A stretch of DNA of 64,000 nt. Origin: Bacteroidaceae bacterium (GTDB lineage Bacteria > Bacteroidota > Bacteroidia > Bacteroidales > Bacteroidaceae). The stretch covers positions 198,663 through 262,662 of the forward strand of contig JAGCLA010000023.1 in the NCBI GenBank assembly GCA_017647225.1, given 5' to 3'. The first letter of the stretch is position 1. The number at the start of each line of letters is the position of its first letter. Of the stretch, positions 1 through 10,406 are shown piece after piece. The notes beneath the pieces were generated by a model that was given only the letters and a program-made list of their open reading frames with translations, was not told the origin of the DNA and made no database searches. Made by a program: the position numbers and the translations under genes.

Positions 1-851
1 CACATAAGGTCGTAAAGAGTTACACCTGCAGAATACTCGGTATTCACACTTGACAAAGCGTACATGTCGCTGTCGATAATCTTTGACGAATACTTGATTG
101 CATCCTCATAATTACGCATATACAACGCTACACGTGAGCGCAATGCATAAACGGTATATTCATTAAAGAATGTAGAATAGTTATAAAGATAACCGTCATA
201 AGCAGGGTCATAATCTTCGTCAAGGGCAAGATATTCGGCAGCCTTGTCAAGGTCGCTGAGCACCTGCTGATATGACGCATACAGAGTAGAACGCTCTATT
301 GGCTGTTCCTTGTAATATGATGTTCTCACAACAACACCGTCTTTGTTCTTGGCATCATCGTCACTCTTGTAATCCTCGCAGAAGAGTTTTATCAACTCGC
401 TATATGCAAGAGCGCGTGCAAAATATGCCTCGCCACAAAGAGTTTCAAGTTCATCGACATCGTCATCATCAACAAGTGTCGGCATCAGATTTGCCGCATT
501 GTCAAGCAAGAAGTTACAGCGTCCTATAACAGAATACAACGAACCGTAAACAGCCTCTATCTGTCCGTTTGTCGCAAGGATATTCCAACGCCATATATCA
601 CCGAGGTTATTGGAGTAACCGTTCACGGCATAGGCCAAGTCACATTGTATATCGGGCATCAGTGTAAGATAACCGCTATACAGGGAACTGCTAAGGAAAG
701 ACGAATAGATACCTATCACAGCCTGGTTGGCCTCATCAACGGTTGTTATAGCCTTACCTTCAGGAACAGCATTCTCGGGATATTTGTCAAGACATGATGT
801 AGTACACAGCAGTACAGTCATCATTAATATATATATAATACTTCTTTTCAT
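1..851 (-). CDS. RagB/SusD-family outer-membrane nutrient-binding lipoprotein (N-terminal part; gene runs off the left edge)
   Basis: My own minus-strand translation from the ATG at 851..849 gives MKRSIIYILMMTVLLCTTSCLDKYPENAVPEGKAITTVDEANQAV..., a lipoprotein signal plus Cys. The frame stays open to position 1. It lies 13 nt downstream of a SusC-like gene, the canonical susC-susD order. It is absent from the ORF track because it has no stop in the window. Confidence 0.8.
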   Translation of the reverse strand, partial: MKRSIIYILMMTVLLCTTSCLDKYPENAVPEGKAITTVDEANQAVIGIYSSFLSSSLYSGYLTLMPDIQCDLAYAVNGYSNNLGDIWRWNILATNGQIEAVYGSLYSVIGRCNFLLDNAANLMPTLVDDDDVDELETLCGEAYFARALAYSELIKLFCEDYKSDDDAKNKDGVVVRTSYYKEQPIERSTLYASYQQVLSDLDKAAEYLALDEDYDPAYDGYLYNYSTFFNEYTVYALRSRVALYMRNYEDAIKYSSKIIDSDMYALSSVNTEYSAGVTLYDLM

Positions 852-864
852 ATCTCTACGCATT

Positions 865-3801
865 TTAGAAGGTTATATCGACACCGCATGAGAACTGACG
901 CGACATTGGATATTGCGCCTGATATATATTGCTTGTCGATTCCGGGTCAAGACCGGAGAACTTGGTCCATGTAAACAGGTTCTGCGCCTGCAGATATATT
1001 CTCGCACGGCTTATGCAACGGCTCTTCTTGAGCAGCTGTGCAGGGAAATCATAACTCAACATGACATTCTTGAGTCGCATGAATGATGCATCTTCAAGGA
1101 AACGGGAGTCCATTTGTGGAGTTACGCCATATCTTGGGATATCAGCGATATCGCCGGGCTCTTTCCAGCGGTCGTAAAGCAGACGCTTCGACTGGTTGTA
1201 TGCAGAATAGAGTCCGTTGCTCTCCTCGAAGAAACGGTCATTGTTGAACATCCAACGGTTTGCCACCCAACTGAAATTTGCTGTAAGCGAAACACCTTTG
1301 TATGCAAGCGATGTTCCGAAACCACCCTGCCAAGGAGCATTGAAATTCTTGCCTACATAAACTTTGTCCTCTTCGCGGAACTCGTTTGTAACATTTCCGT
1401 TCTTGTCAAGCCAGAGTGCATCACCATTTGCGGGGTTCACACCTGCATATCGGTTGATATAGAATTCGCCTACAGCATGTCCGACTCTGAGTTTTGTCGA
1501 TGTACCCGACATCTCATATTCGTCCAAGCCATTGTAGAGTTCTGTAATCTCATTATAGTTATAGCTTGCATTTGTGTTGATATTCCAAGAGAAATCATTA
1601 ATTCGAATAACGTCAAATGAGAGAGATATTTCGGCACCGGTATTTATCATGGCACCGACATTGTCCCAGCGTGTTCCGAATCCGTTATTTACGTAAGACT
1701 GAGGAACAAGCATAAGCATGTTGGTTGTCTTCTTATGATAAAGCTCAACATCGGCATTGATTCTATTGAAGAAACCGAAGTGCAATGCGATGTTTGATGT
1801 CCAAAGCTGCTCCCAACTCAACTTCTCGTTACCCTGAGAAGCCGGAGCTATACCGGCATTACCCATATAGTTGGCACCGCTTCCAACAAGAGCCAAATGG
1901 TCGTAATCAGGAATTGAAGAGTTACCCGATGTACCTGTACTCAATGCTATCTGTGCATTGTTTATCCATTTTGCATGCTGCATGAATCTCTCCTTACGCA
2001 TGTTCCACATGAAGCCAAGCGACCAGAATGTAGCCCAACGTCCATCTTTACCGAAACGTGAAGAGGCGTCGGAACGCAAAGAGAAGTCGGCATAATAACG
2101 TTCGTTATAGTTGTATTCACCGCGAGCAAAGAAAGAGAGGAATGCATGGCTTGACGATGAATTCGCCCAAGAAGTTGCTCTTGTACCAGATGACAACAAT
2201 GTGAATGAATCGTTGTTCTGACCTGTAGTCACAACCTGGAATCCTTCGGTACGGTAATCGACGCCCTCTTGACCGAGCATGACATTGAACTGATGCCAAC
2301 GGTTGATGTCGAACTTATAATTGATTGTATTTGTTATTGTCAGGTTGATTGTAGTATATGAGCTACGTCCCGCAGCACCCACACCGTTATTACCTATAAA
2401 ACTTGGGTAAGACTTCATATCGGCTGTCGATTGCGTATAATCAATACCGAACTGTGTGCGGAGTGTGAGGTTTCTTACAGGAGTTGCCTCGGCATACAAT
2501 ACACTTAAAGCCTTGTATTTTTTGTTCAAAAGAGGATTGTTTTCCATCCACACGAGAGGGTTGTAGGTTGTTCCGGTCCAGCTGCCGTCCTCGGTCTGTG
2601 CCAACGAACCGTCCTCCTTGTATGGATTCCAATAAGGCAACATGAAACGGCAAGCCGAAATAGGAGTATATAGCGCATATTCACCATCGTCCGCCTGCTG
2701 CACCTCCTCGTATGTAAGCATTGTATTTGTGCCCAATTTCAGCCAACGCGCAACACGCACATCGGTATTGGCACGCATGTTGTATCGGCGGAATGTACTA
2801 CCCTGTGCAATACCTTGCTGGTCATAGAAACCTGCCGAAACAAAATAATTGAGTTTGTCGGTAGCGTGACTTACAGAAAGGTCATAACTATGTAATCTCG
2901 CTCTGTCATTGAATACTACATCAAGCCAGTTTATATCGGTTTGGCTAAGCAATTCATAATCCTGACCATAATCAATTCCTATTTCTTTTTCAAACTTGAT
3001 ACGCTCTGCAGTATTCATCAAATTCCAATTGCCATGAGCAAGATCCGAGAAACCCTGTTGAGTACGGAAAGTAACATCGACCTTTTCGGTAGATGTTCCG
3101 CGCTTGGTTGTTATCACCACCACACCATTAGCCGCACGTGCTCCGTAAATAGATGTTGATGAAGCATCTTTGAGAACGTTGATTGATTCTATATCATTAG
3201 GACTGATAGTATTGAAATCGGCACTCGTGATGGGCACACCGTCAAGAATAAACAACGGAGATGTACCTGAATTGATAGAGTTTGTACCACGTATCTGGAA
3301 TGTAGCAGCTTTGCTGGGCTCACCCGAATTTGAAATAACGGTCATACCGGGAGTCATACCCTGCAGAGCCTGGTCGAATCCTCCGGCCGGTATATTTTCC
3401 AATTTTTCGGCCTTTACTGTTGCAACAGAACCGGCAATTGTACCCTTCTTACGCACACCATATGCGACAACAACCACCTCTTCCATTGCCACCTGTTCTG
3501 GTGCCATGACAACATTCAGTTCCTTTGTTGAAGCATTGACAACATGTTCCTGTGTTTCATAGCCCACATAGGTAAACACCAATGTAGCTTCGCTTACACC
3601 ATTCAATTTAATGTCGTAGTTTCCGTCAAAATCGGTAACCACGCCATTAGCTGTACCCTTTTGCATAATGGTAAGGCTTATCATTCCTTCCCCGTCCTCG
3701 GCAGAAGTAACCCGACCTTTCACCGAGAAAGTTTGGGCATAAGTAGCCTGAATTGCCATTAAGCAAAAAAAAGCAAACAGCAAGAATACTTTTTTCCTCA
3801 T
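865..3801 (-). CDS. SusC/RagA-family TonB-dependent outer-membrane transporter
   Basis: ORF 865..3885, trimmed to the internal ATG at 3801 (MRKKVFLLFAFFCLMAIQATYAQ, a signal peptide). It has a CarboxypepD_reg-like N-domain (FSVKGRVTSAEDGEGM..VVTDFDGNY), a plug region, and a long barrel ending in a terminal aromatic (..CGVDITF). Paired with the downstream SusD-like gene. Confidence 0.9.
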   Translation of the reverse strand: MRKKVFLLFAFFCLMAIQATYAQTFSVKGRVTSAEDGEGMISLTIMQKGTANGVVTDFDGNYDIKLNGVSEATLVFTYVGYETQEHVVNASTKELNVVMAPEQVAMEEVVVVAYGVRKKGTIAGSVATVKAEKLENIPAGGFDQALQGMTPGMTVISNSGEPSKAATFQIRGTNSINSGTSPLFILDGVPITSADFNTISPNDIESINVLKDASSTSIYGARAANGVVVITTKRGTSTEKVDVTFRTQQGFSDLAHGNWNLMNTAERIKFEKEIGIDYGQDYELLSQTDINWLDVVFNDRARLHSYDLSVSHATDKLNYFVSAGFYDQQGIAQGSTFRRYNMRANTDVRVARWLKLGTNTMLTYEEVQQADDGEYALYTPISACRFMLPYWNPYKEDGSLAQTEDGSWTGTTYNPLVWMENNPLLNKKYKALSVLYAEATPVRNLTLRTQFGIDYTQSTADMKSYPSFIGNNGVGAAGRSSYTTINLTITNTINYKFDINRWHQFNVMLGQEGVDYRTEGFQVVTTGQNNDSFTLLSSGTRATSWANSSSSHAFLSFFARGEYNYNERYYADFSLRSDASSRFGKDGRWATFWSLGFMWNMRKERFMQHAKWINNAQIALSTGTSGNSSIPDYDHLALVGSGANYMGNAGIAPASQGNEKLSWEQLWTSNIALHFGFFNRINADVELYHKKTTNMLMLVPQSYVNNGFGTRWDNVGAMINTGAEISLSFDVIRINDFSWNINTNASYNYNEITELYNGLDEYEMSGTSTKLRVGHAVGEFYINRYAGVNPANGDALWLDKNGNVTNEFREEDKVYVGKNFNAPWQGGFGTSLAYKGVSLTANFSWVANRWMFNNDRFFEESNGLYSAYNQSKRLLYDRWKEPGDIADIPRYGVTPQMDSRFLEDASFMRLKNVMLSYDFPAQLLKKSRCISRARIYLQAQNLFTWTKFSGLDPESTSNIYQAQYPMSRQFSCGVDITF

Positions 3802-3929
3802 TTTTATTTTATAAAATTTTATTGCAACCGAATAATAGAAAGAGTTCAAACGCCATAATCCCATTGCTCGCATGCACGGTAACAAACCGTTTACAAAACT
3901 CCCAATCTATCCAATTTTGAAAATTCTTG

Positions 3930-3937
3930 CAAATATA
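3930..3937 (-). promoter_or_regulatory. Candidate Bacteroidota -7 promoter box (TATATTTG) for the susC/susD-like pair
   Basis: The reverse complement of caaatata matches the TAnnTTTG consensus, about 130 nt upstream of the susC-like ATG. This is a motif match only. Confidence 0.3.
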
Positions 3938-4049
3938 CGGTTAAATAAACTATTTTTGAAGTTTTTATACATTTTTTTGCATGAATAGCGTGTTATTTGT
4001 CATATTTAGATATCAAAAAGCTAAAAAAATGACAAATATTCAACAAGAA

Positions 4050-4074
4050 AACGGCATATGTGACATATGCCGTT
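4050..4074 (-). terminator. Hairpin terminator downstream of the Trx-fold lipoprotein gene
   Basis: AACGGCATATG-tga-CATATGCCGTT, a perfect 11-bp stem 17 nt past the stop at 4091, followed by a T-rich tract on the minus strand. Confidence 0.6.
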
Positions 4075-4090
4075 AAATATCAACTCTATA

Positions 4091-5236
4091 TCAATAAAGT
4101 TCCTTTAGTTTACTTTCGATATCCTTTATCGAATTTGTACGGAGAAGAATTGTTCCCCGGCCATTAATGAGCAATGCATGTGGCAGGGAAGTTATTCCGT
4201 ATGCCGATGCCACCTCTGCACTACCGCCTTTAGGATTGCATAAATGAATGGCAGAACCGGGTATTGACGACACAAAATCAAGAGATTTTTCTACAGAGGA
4301 ATCAAGAGATACTGTCACAAGACGACACCCCTTGTCTTCATATTTCGAACACTGTTCACATGCATCGGTTAAAAAATCACAAGCATTCTTGTCCCATGTA
4401 CCCCAGAACAGTAAAACGGCATAATTGTTCGAATGCAGAATGTCGGAGAAGAGAACCTTACCGCCTTTGATATCATTCAGTTCAAAATCAATAAACTTTT
4501 TACCGACAGCCGTTTCCTGGGCAGCCTTGTCAGCCATTTCAATATATTGCTGTGCTACATCTTCTTCTCCCAAAACGGCATCAAGCTGTTTCTTCTTCAA
4601 ATCATATATTTTGTCATGCATGCCTTCAGGAAGTTTCTCAAAAAGCGCCTGTAACATTTCCGATGTAGCAAAACCTACAGACTGCGTAAGAAGAAAATGG
4701 CCAAATGCGTTTTTATAGTCCTCCTTGAACTGATTCGCGACATATAAATCAAAGACCTTACCTGCAAGCGATGCCATCATCACAACACTATCGCGCAGCT
4801 CTTTGGTAGGTGCCAATGTTTCTATAATTCCCGGGGCACACATACCACGTAAAGCAATAATCCTCTCCTTCTCATTCAAGAAGTGATTCATTTTATCATT
4901 AAGGGCCGTTCCGCCGCGAGATGTCCTCTCTGCCATATCAAAAGCCACGACACCCGGCTCCACGACAAGATAGCCACCGTCAAGAACACGCGATGATGAT
5001 ACAAAGCAAACCTCCGCGTTTTCACATACCCCTTCAAACTCAAACTTTCCATTCTTAACCACAGCAGAATCAAAAGGCACCAGCATTTCATTAATGTCCG
5101 ACACCATATAACGGGATATATACACTACAGTATTATCAGGTGCAGAACCATATACACCCTTTACGGTAAAGTTGTTTTTGTCGTCGCACGAAACAAAAAG
5201 AACACACAATGAAAAAATATACAGAAGTTTTCTCAT
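4091..5236 (-). CDS. Thioredoxin-fold (TlpA/AhpC-TSA-like) lipoprotein with a DUF4369-like N-domain and a degenerate active site
   Basis: 381 aa. Lipoprotein signal [19 protein letters not shown]. The C-terminal about 140 aa show the TlpA-like layout (FIDFELNDIKGGKVLFSD..YAVLLFWGTWDKNAC..VTVSLD..ITSLPHALLING), but the usual WCxxC reads WDKNAC. The ATG overlaps the engB stop (TAATG). Confidence 0.7.
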   Translation of the reverse strand: MRKLLYIFSLCVLFVSCDDKNNFTVKGVYGSAPDNTVVYISRYMVSDINEMLVPFDSAVVKNGKFEFEGVCENAEVCFVSSSRVLDGGYLVVEPGVVAFDMAERTSRGGTALNDKMNHFLNEKERIIALRGMCAPGIIETLAPTKELRDSVVMMASLAGKVFDLYVANQFKEDYKNAFGHFLLTQSVGFATSEMLQALFEKLPEGMHDKIYDLKKKQLDAVLGEEDVAQQYIEMADKAAQETAVGKKFIDFELNDIKGGKVLFSDILHSNNYAVLLFWGTWDKNACDFLTDACEQCSKYEDKGCRLVTVSLDSSVEKSLDFVSSIPGSAIHLCNPKGGSAEVASAYGITSLPHALLINGRGTILLRTNSIKDIESKLKELY

Positions 5237-5841
5237 TACAAAGTGTCGTTGATATCGTTTATATACTGCAGTATTTCGTCACGTCCGAGAGCCGTTTCCG
5301 AAGATGTGACAAACACGGGTGGCAACTCTTCCCAATCCTCAAGCAAGCGTTTTTTGTACGACGCGATATTTGAAGCCAAGACACTCTTTGTCAATTTGTC
5401 GGCTTTTGTAAATATAATGGAGAAAGGCACGCCGTTTTCTCCAAGCCACTGGAAGAATTCCAAATCAATTTTCTGCGGTTCATGACGGCTATCTATAAGA
5501 ACAAACAACAATGTCATAGCCTCTCTATCAAGTATGTAGCTTGAGATAATACGCTCCAACTGTTCATTTTGTGTCTTACTTCTCTTAGAATATCCATAGC
5601 CCGGCAAATCGACAAGATACCACTCGTCGTTCACAACAAAATGGTTTATTAGCAAAGTCTTTCCCGGAGTTGCTGATGTCATAGCCAACTTACTACGACC
5701 GGTAAGCATATTTATAAGGCTCGACTTGCCCACATTCGAACGTCCGATGAACGCATATTCAGGCTTTCCGTCATTAGGACATTTTTTCACGTCTGTATTG
5801 CTTATTACAAAACGAGCTGTCTTTACCAAAGGCTTTTTCAT
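5236..5841 (-). CDS. engB: Ribosome-biogenesis GTPase YihA/YsxC (EngB)
   Basis: 201 aa. G1 motif [13 protein letters not shown]3 motif DLPGYG, G4 motif TKADK. Length is typical for EngB. Confidence 0.9.
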   Translation of the reverse strand: MKKPLVKTARFVISNTDVKKCPNDGKPEYAFIGRSNVGKSSLINMLTGRSKLAMTSATPGKTLLINHFVVNDEWYLVDLPGYGYSKRSKTQNEQLERIISSYILDREAMTLLFVLIDSRHEPQKIDLEFFQWLGENGVPFSIIFTKADKLTKSVLASNIASYKKRLLEDWEELPPVFVTSSETALGRDEILQYINDINDTL

Positions 5842-5905
5842 ATTGCAAGTATATTATTTAATTGCGAAGGTACTAAAAAACAGAATAATTCCAACAAAAC
5901 AGGCT

Positions 5906-7012
5906 CTATACCTTCAAGAACACACCCTTACGATATAGAAAATACAACAAAAGCCAGCAGATAAGCACATAACAGCACCAGTAAAGCGAAGGATAGTACA
6001 TGTCGGGGAAAAGGGATATCAAGCCAGCGAACAAGGTCTGCACCGGTTTATGAAAATCGAAGAACTGTTGCAACAGGTATATCGTTATGGAATTCATGCC
6101 AATAACACGGAAAAAGAACGACCAGCGTTTCAACCCCACGACATCAATCACAAGATAAAACAGAGCAAAGAGCAACAAAGACCAACCCGCCGCGAAAACT
6201 ACAAAAGAGCTTGTCCATAAATTCTTGTTGATTGGGAAAGCCAAGCCCCACAGATAACCAAGAACAAGCAAAAGCAAAGAGGTCAACAGCATTATTCCAA
6301 CCTTACTGTACTCTTTCACTCTTTTTTGACGCACAAAATCACCTGTAAATATACCGGCCATAGCCGTTACGACAGCAGGCAAGGTCGAAAGCAGGCCTTC
6401 GGGGTCATGCACTCCCAAATGCAAGACACCGGGCAGGTAGAGTCTGTCAACATATCCCACAATAGAGCCTTCCATAGAATAGACGGCAACTTCGGGCAAT
6501 GCATCAGGAGCTTTTACAAGAGCAAGCAATGCCCAATAACCCAAAAGCACAACAACCGACACAACAACCGATACGCGTTTACCAGCCCAAAGATATATCA
6601 ATGCCGCAATAGCCCAAGCAAGACCTATACGGCCAAGCACACTCGCATAACGCAAATTCTCAAAATCGAAATTCAGCAGACCATTATACAACACACCGAG
6701 AAAAACGAGCAGAACGGCTCTGCGCACAATTTTCAAGGAGATATTGAGCCTACTCTTTCCCAACGACAATTGCTTTGAGAGAGAAAAAGGCAAAGAGAGG
6801 CCGGCCAAGAACAGAAAGAGCGGAAATATCAAATCATAAAAAGCAAAACCATGCCACTCCTTATGCCCCATCTGCTCTGCAATAAAAGCCGAAACATTTT
6901 CAGGGAAAAACGAAGATACGGACAGAAGTAAAGCGCCACCGCCCATTATGAAAAACATATCGAATCCACGCAAGGCATCCAACGACAAAAGGCGTCTGTT
7001 TTTCTCCTTCAT
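5906..7012 (-). CDS. DUF5009/DUF1624-type membrane acyltransferase (heparan-alpha-glucosaminide N-acetyltransferase-like)
   Basis: 368 aa, polytopic (about 10 hydrophobic segments). The N-terminal LSLDALRGFDMFFIMGG motif is characteristic of this family. Confidence 0.65.
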   Translation of the reverse strand: MKEKNRRLLSLDALRGFDMFFIMGGGALLLSVSSFFPENVSAFIAEQMGHKEWHGFAFYDLIFPLFLFLAGLSLPFSLSKQLSLGKSRLNISLKIVRRAVLLVFLGVLYNGLLNFDFENLRYASVLGRIGLAWAIAALIYLWAGKRVSVVVSVVVLLGYWALLALVKAPDALPEVAVYSMEGSIVGYVDRLYLPGVLHLGVHDPEGLLSTLPAVVTAMAGIFTGDFVRQKRVKEYSKVGIMLLTSLLLLVLGYLWGLAFPINKNLWTSSFVVFAAGWSLLLFALFYLVIDVVGLKRWSFFFRVIGMNSITIYLLQQFFDFHKPVQTLFAGLISLFPDMYYPSLYWCCYVLICWLLLYFLYRKGVFLKV

Positions 7013-7018
7013 AAACCA

Positions 7019-7654
7019 CTATATTATAAGGTCGTCAACCGACAGTTTTGGGACATAATGAATGCCATTTTCGCGATAATAGTTACAGCCGCCGTCTGCA
7101 GGCATATCGACAAGCTGGATATTTTCAATGCTCTTGCCTATCGGCAACACAACCAACGGTTCGTAAGGCAATGAGAGATTTTCTTTGATTTTATTCTTAT
7201 CGAATGACATCAGACATATGCCGTTAAGCCCTATTTCCACAGCCTGCAACAACATACTCTGCACTGAGATTCCCAAGTCGATATAGGTGCTTACGTGAGG
7301 AGTTTCCACCGAACATACAACGATGAAAGCATTGGGCTCTGTGTCCGGCAATGGCAGTTGCATATCGCTCAACGCACTTCCCATCTTGATATGCGGCAAC
7401 ACCAGATGCGCCTTTTCATCGGTAACAAGACAAAAACGCAGTACCTGCCTGTTCCTTGCCGAAGCGACCTTGTTATTGACCGATACTATACGGCACAGTT
7501 GGTCTTTACGAACTTTGAATGACGAATCAAAGCCACGTGTGCTGCGGTTTTTCAACAAAAGAGCCGACAATGAGCCTTTAGAACTCTTTGCCGGATTCAC
7601 CCCTGCTTTGGAACGGAACTGTTCCATTCTTTTTTCAAGATAATTGTCTGCCAC
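7019..7654 (-). CDS. Nitroreductase-family protein
   Basis: 211 aa. The MADNYLEKRMEQF N-terminus and the size resemble nitroreductase-family proteins common in Bacteroidales. This is a family-level call from memory of homologues. Confidence 0.65.
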   Translation of the reverse strand: MADNYLEKRMEQFRSKAGVNPAKSSKGSLSALLLKNRSTRGFDSSFKVRKDQLCRIVSVNNKVASARNRQVLRFCLVTDEKAHLVLPHIKMGSALSDMQLPLPDTEPNAFIVVCSVETPHVSTYIDLGISVQSMLLQAVEIGLNGICLMSFDKNKIKENLSLPYEPLVVLPIGKSIENIQLVDMPADGGCNYYRENGIHYVPKLSVDDLII

Positions 7655-7656
7655 TA

Positions 7657-8160
7657 TTAAATATCCAATAATATGGTTTTTCCACTTGCCAGAGAGGTCG
7701 GAACATCTATTATGCGTTGGTTGCTACTGCCTCTGAAACGCAATTCGTCACTTTTCAACACCTCTACAAAACGTCCGTCAACAAGCACATCAATATGCTT
7801 AAGAAGCTCTTTTTGTTGGATATTTTTCAACAAGTCCTCAAAAAGATATCCTGTATAACACCAAATATTTTTATTACTACGTTCTTTGATAGCTTTTGCC
7901 AAGGCTGTAAAGCCTGCGGGCTGGAACATCGGATCGCCACCGGAAAAAGTAACATCGGCAAAAGGGTCGGCAAGTATCACTTCAAGAATCTCCTCCACAT
8001 CGATATCGCGTCCGTTGGCTATGTCCCACGATTGTGGGTTATGACAGCCCGGACAACGGTTAGGACAACCGGCACAATAGACGGTTGTCCTAAAGCCCGG
8101 CCCATCGACCGTTGTATCTTCCACTATATCCAATATGGAAATAGTTGTCATCTTATTCAT
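7657..8160 (-). CDS. nrdG: Anaerobic ribonucleoside-triphosphate reductase activating protein (radical SAM)
   Basis: 167 aa. Cys cluster CAGCPNRCPGCHNP. The ATG overlaps the nrdD stop by 8 nt. Confidence 0.9.
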   Translation of the reverse strand: MNKMTTISILDIVEDTTVDGPGFRTTVYCAGCPNRCPGCHNPQSWDIANGRDIDVEEILEVILADPFADVTFSGGDPMFQPAGFTALAKAIKERSNKNIWCYTGYLFEDLLKNIQQKELLKHIDVLVDGRFVEVLKSDELRFRGSSNQRIIDVPTSLASGKTILLDI

Positions 8161-10360
8161 GTATTACTCGGTCGTTCAACTCAGACAATTTCGCTTTGTT
8201 CCAGCGGTCGGTTGTACCAACGAGATAACCTGTTATACGTTGCAACTTATCAAGATTCTTGCTGCCACATTTAGGGCACTCCTGAAGATCCTTTGTCGAG
8301 TTCTCGTGACCGCAATCAAGACAACGGTTGCGATTATGGTTTACAGAACCATAACCGATGTTGTACTGATCCATCATATCTACCACTCGCATGATAGCTT
8401 CGGGGTTATGTGTTGCATCACCATCAATTTCTACGTAGAAGATATGTCCACCACCTGTCAGAGCATGGTAAGGACCTTCAACTTCCGCCTTATGACGAGC
8501 GCTGCACTTGTAATATACAGGCACATGGTTACTGTTTGTATAATAGTCGCGGTCGGTAACACCAGGAATTACGCCATAGCGTTTGCGGTCGCCACGTGTA
8601 AAGCGTCCTGACAAACCTTCGGCTGGTGTAGCAAGGATACTATAGTTATGCTGATACTGCTCTGCAAAATCATTGGCACGGTCACGCATATATGTAATGA
8701 TACGCAAGCCGAGTTCCTGAGCCTCCTTGCTTTCGCCATGATGTTTGCCTATAAGCGCAACAAGACACTCTGCAAGACCGATAAAGCCGATACCGAGTGT
8801 ACCCTGGTTGATAACAGAAGCAATGGTATCGCCTGGTTTCAATTTATCGCAACCAAGCCAGAGCGCAGACATCAACAACGGGAACTGCTTTGCATAAGCA
8901 GTCTTCTGGAACTCCATACGCTCGTGCAACTGACGGGCTGTAATATCCAAAAGATTGTCGAGTTTTGCGAAGAACATTGAGATTCTCTGCTCACGATCTT
9001 CGACCTCCATACACTCTATTGCAAGACGCACAATGTTTATTGTAGAGAACGAAAGGTTACCACGACCTACAGAAGTCTTAAGACCATAGCGGTTCTCAAA
9101 CACACGTGTACGGCAACCCATTGTAGCAACTTCGTGAATATAACGTTTTGGGTCTTCAGCTTTCCATTCTTCGTTCTGGTTGAATGTAGCATCAAGATTC
9201 AGGAAGTTAGGGAAGAAACGACGTGCGGTAACCTTACATGCAAGCTGATAGAGGTCGTAGTTACGGTCATCCGGCAAGTAGCTTACGCCACGTTTCTTTT
9301 TCCATATCTGTATAGGGAATATGGCTGTCTCGCCGTTACCAACACCACGATATGTACTGTTGAGCAACTCGCGAATGATACAACGGCCTTCGGCAGAAGT
9401 ATCTGTACCATAGTTGATTGAGCTGAACACAACCTGATTACCGCCACGTGAGTGGATAGTATTCATATTGTGGATAAACGCCTCCATTGCCTGATGAACA
9501 CGAACAACGGTCTTGTTCATGGCATGCTGCATTATGCGCTCGTCACCACTCAAGAAATCGAGCGGTCTTTCAATATAATCATCAATCTCCTTATTGTAGA
9601 GATGTGAATAGTTTGCACCGGTAAGGTTCTCTATGCTTTTTACCTCTTCGATAAAACTTGCACGCACATAAGGTGCAAGATAAAAATCAAAAGCAGGAAT
9701 AGCCTGACCACCATGCATCTCGTTCTGCGCAGTTTCCATTGAAATACAAGCAATGATACTTGCTGTTTCAATACGTTTTGCTGGACGCGATTCTCCATGA
9801 CCTGCATTAAAACCATTAATCAGGATATTGTCAAGCGGATGCTGACAGCAGGTAAGACTCTTGGTAGGATAATAGTCCTTGTCATGGATATGAAGATAGT
9901 TATGACGAACAGCATCGAAAACCTCTTCGCTCAACAAGAAGTCGTCAACAAAAGGTTTTGTTGTTTCGCTCGCAAACTTCATCATCATACCGGCAGGAGT
10001 GTCCGCGTTCATGTTGGCATTCTCACGGGTAACATCATTCGACTGGATATTGATGATTTCCTGGAAAATGTCACGAGTCTTCGCCTTACGTGCAATACGA
10101 CGCTGGTTACGGTACGCAATATACTTTTGCGCAACGTCTTTGCGGCTACTCTTCATAAGTTCAAGCTCAACCATATCCTGGATAGCCTCAACTGTCATTT
10201 GAGCATCACCACGGAAAGAGATATGGTCTGTTATCTGGCGGATAAGAGACATATCCTCACCCTTGTCGGTGTGAAGCATAGCCTTACGGATAGCTGTAAT
10301 AATTTTTTCTTCATTAAAGCCGACAATACGTCCGTCGCGCTTTACAACTGTTTGGATCAT
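8153..10360 (-). CDS. nrdD: Anaerobic ribonucleoside-triphosphate reductase (class III RNR)
   Basis: 735 aa. N-terminal ATP-cone (VVKRDGRIVGFNEEKI), C-terminal Zn-ribbon (CLDCGHE..CPKCGS) and glycyl-radical motif (RITGYLVG). Confidence 0.93.
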   Translation of the reverse strand: MIQTVVKRDGRIVGFNEEKIITAIRKAMLHTDKGEDMSLIRQITDHISFRGDAQMTVEAIQDMVELELMKSSRKDVAQKYIAYRNQRRIARKAKTRDIFQEIINIQSNDVTRENANMNADTPAGMMMKFASETTKPFVDDFLLSEEVFDAVRHNYLHIHDKDYYPTKSLTCCQHPLDNILINGFNAGHGESRPAKRIETASIIACISMETAQNEMHGGQAIPAFDFYLAPYVRASFIEEVKSIENLTGANYSHLYNKEIDDYIERPLDFLSGDERIMQHAMNKTVVRVHQAMEAFIHNMNTIHSRGGNQVVFSSINYGTDTSAEGRCIIRELLNSTYRGVGNGETAIFPIQIWKKKRGVSYLPDDRNYDLYQLACKVTARRFFPNFLNLDATFNQNEEWKAEDPKRYIHEVATMGCRTRVFENRYGLKTSVGRGNLSFSTINIVRLAIECMEVEDREQRISMFFAKLDNLLDITARQLHERMEFQKTAYAKQFPLLMSALWLGCDKLKPGDTIASVINQGTLGIGFIGLAECLVALIGKHHGESKEAQELGLRIITYMRDRANDFAEQYQHNYSILATPAEGLSGRFTRGDRKRYGVIPGVTDRDYYTNSNHVPVYYKCSARHKAEVEGPYHALTGGGHIFYVEIDGDATHNPEAIMRVVDMMDQYNIGYGSVNHNRNRCLDCGHENSTKDLQECPKCGSKNLDKLQRITGYLVGTTDRWNKAKLSELNDRVIHE

Positions 10361-10398
10361 ATATTTTTAAGATTTTTTTGTTTTCCAGAAATGGTATG

Positions 10399-10406
10399 CA
10401 AAAATA
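10399..10406 (-). promoter_or_regulatory. Candidate -7 promoter box (TATTTTTG) for nrdD-nrdG
   Basis: The reverse complement of caaaaata is TATTTTTG (TAnnTTTG consensus), 39 nt upstream of the nrdD ATG. Confidence 0.45.

Noticed and set aside
3802-3885. Longer N-terminal extensions offered by the ORF track (susC to 3885, fucK from 13204, GT4 from 25683, wbqC from 29186, mnmG from 35155, polyprenyl synthase to 42747, polA from 42786, lptFG from 47601).
   Set aside because: In each case an internal ATG gives the family-typical N-terminus (a signal peptide or a nucleotide-binding motif). It also removes overlap with the upstream gene or with a promoter box.
3994-4038. 10-bp inverted repeat TATTTGTCAT ... 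ATGACAAATA between the susC-like promoter region and the Trx-gene terminator.
   Set aside because: It is short, AT-rich and widely spaced (25 nt). It is plausible by chance in this AT-rich spacer, and I saw no second copy elsewhere in the window.
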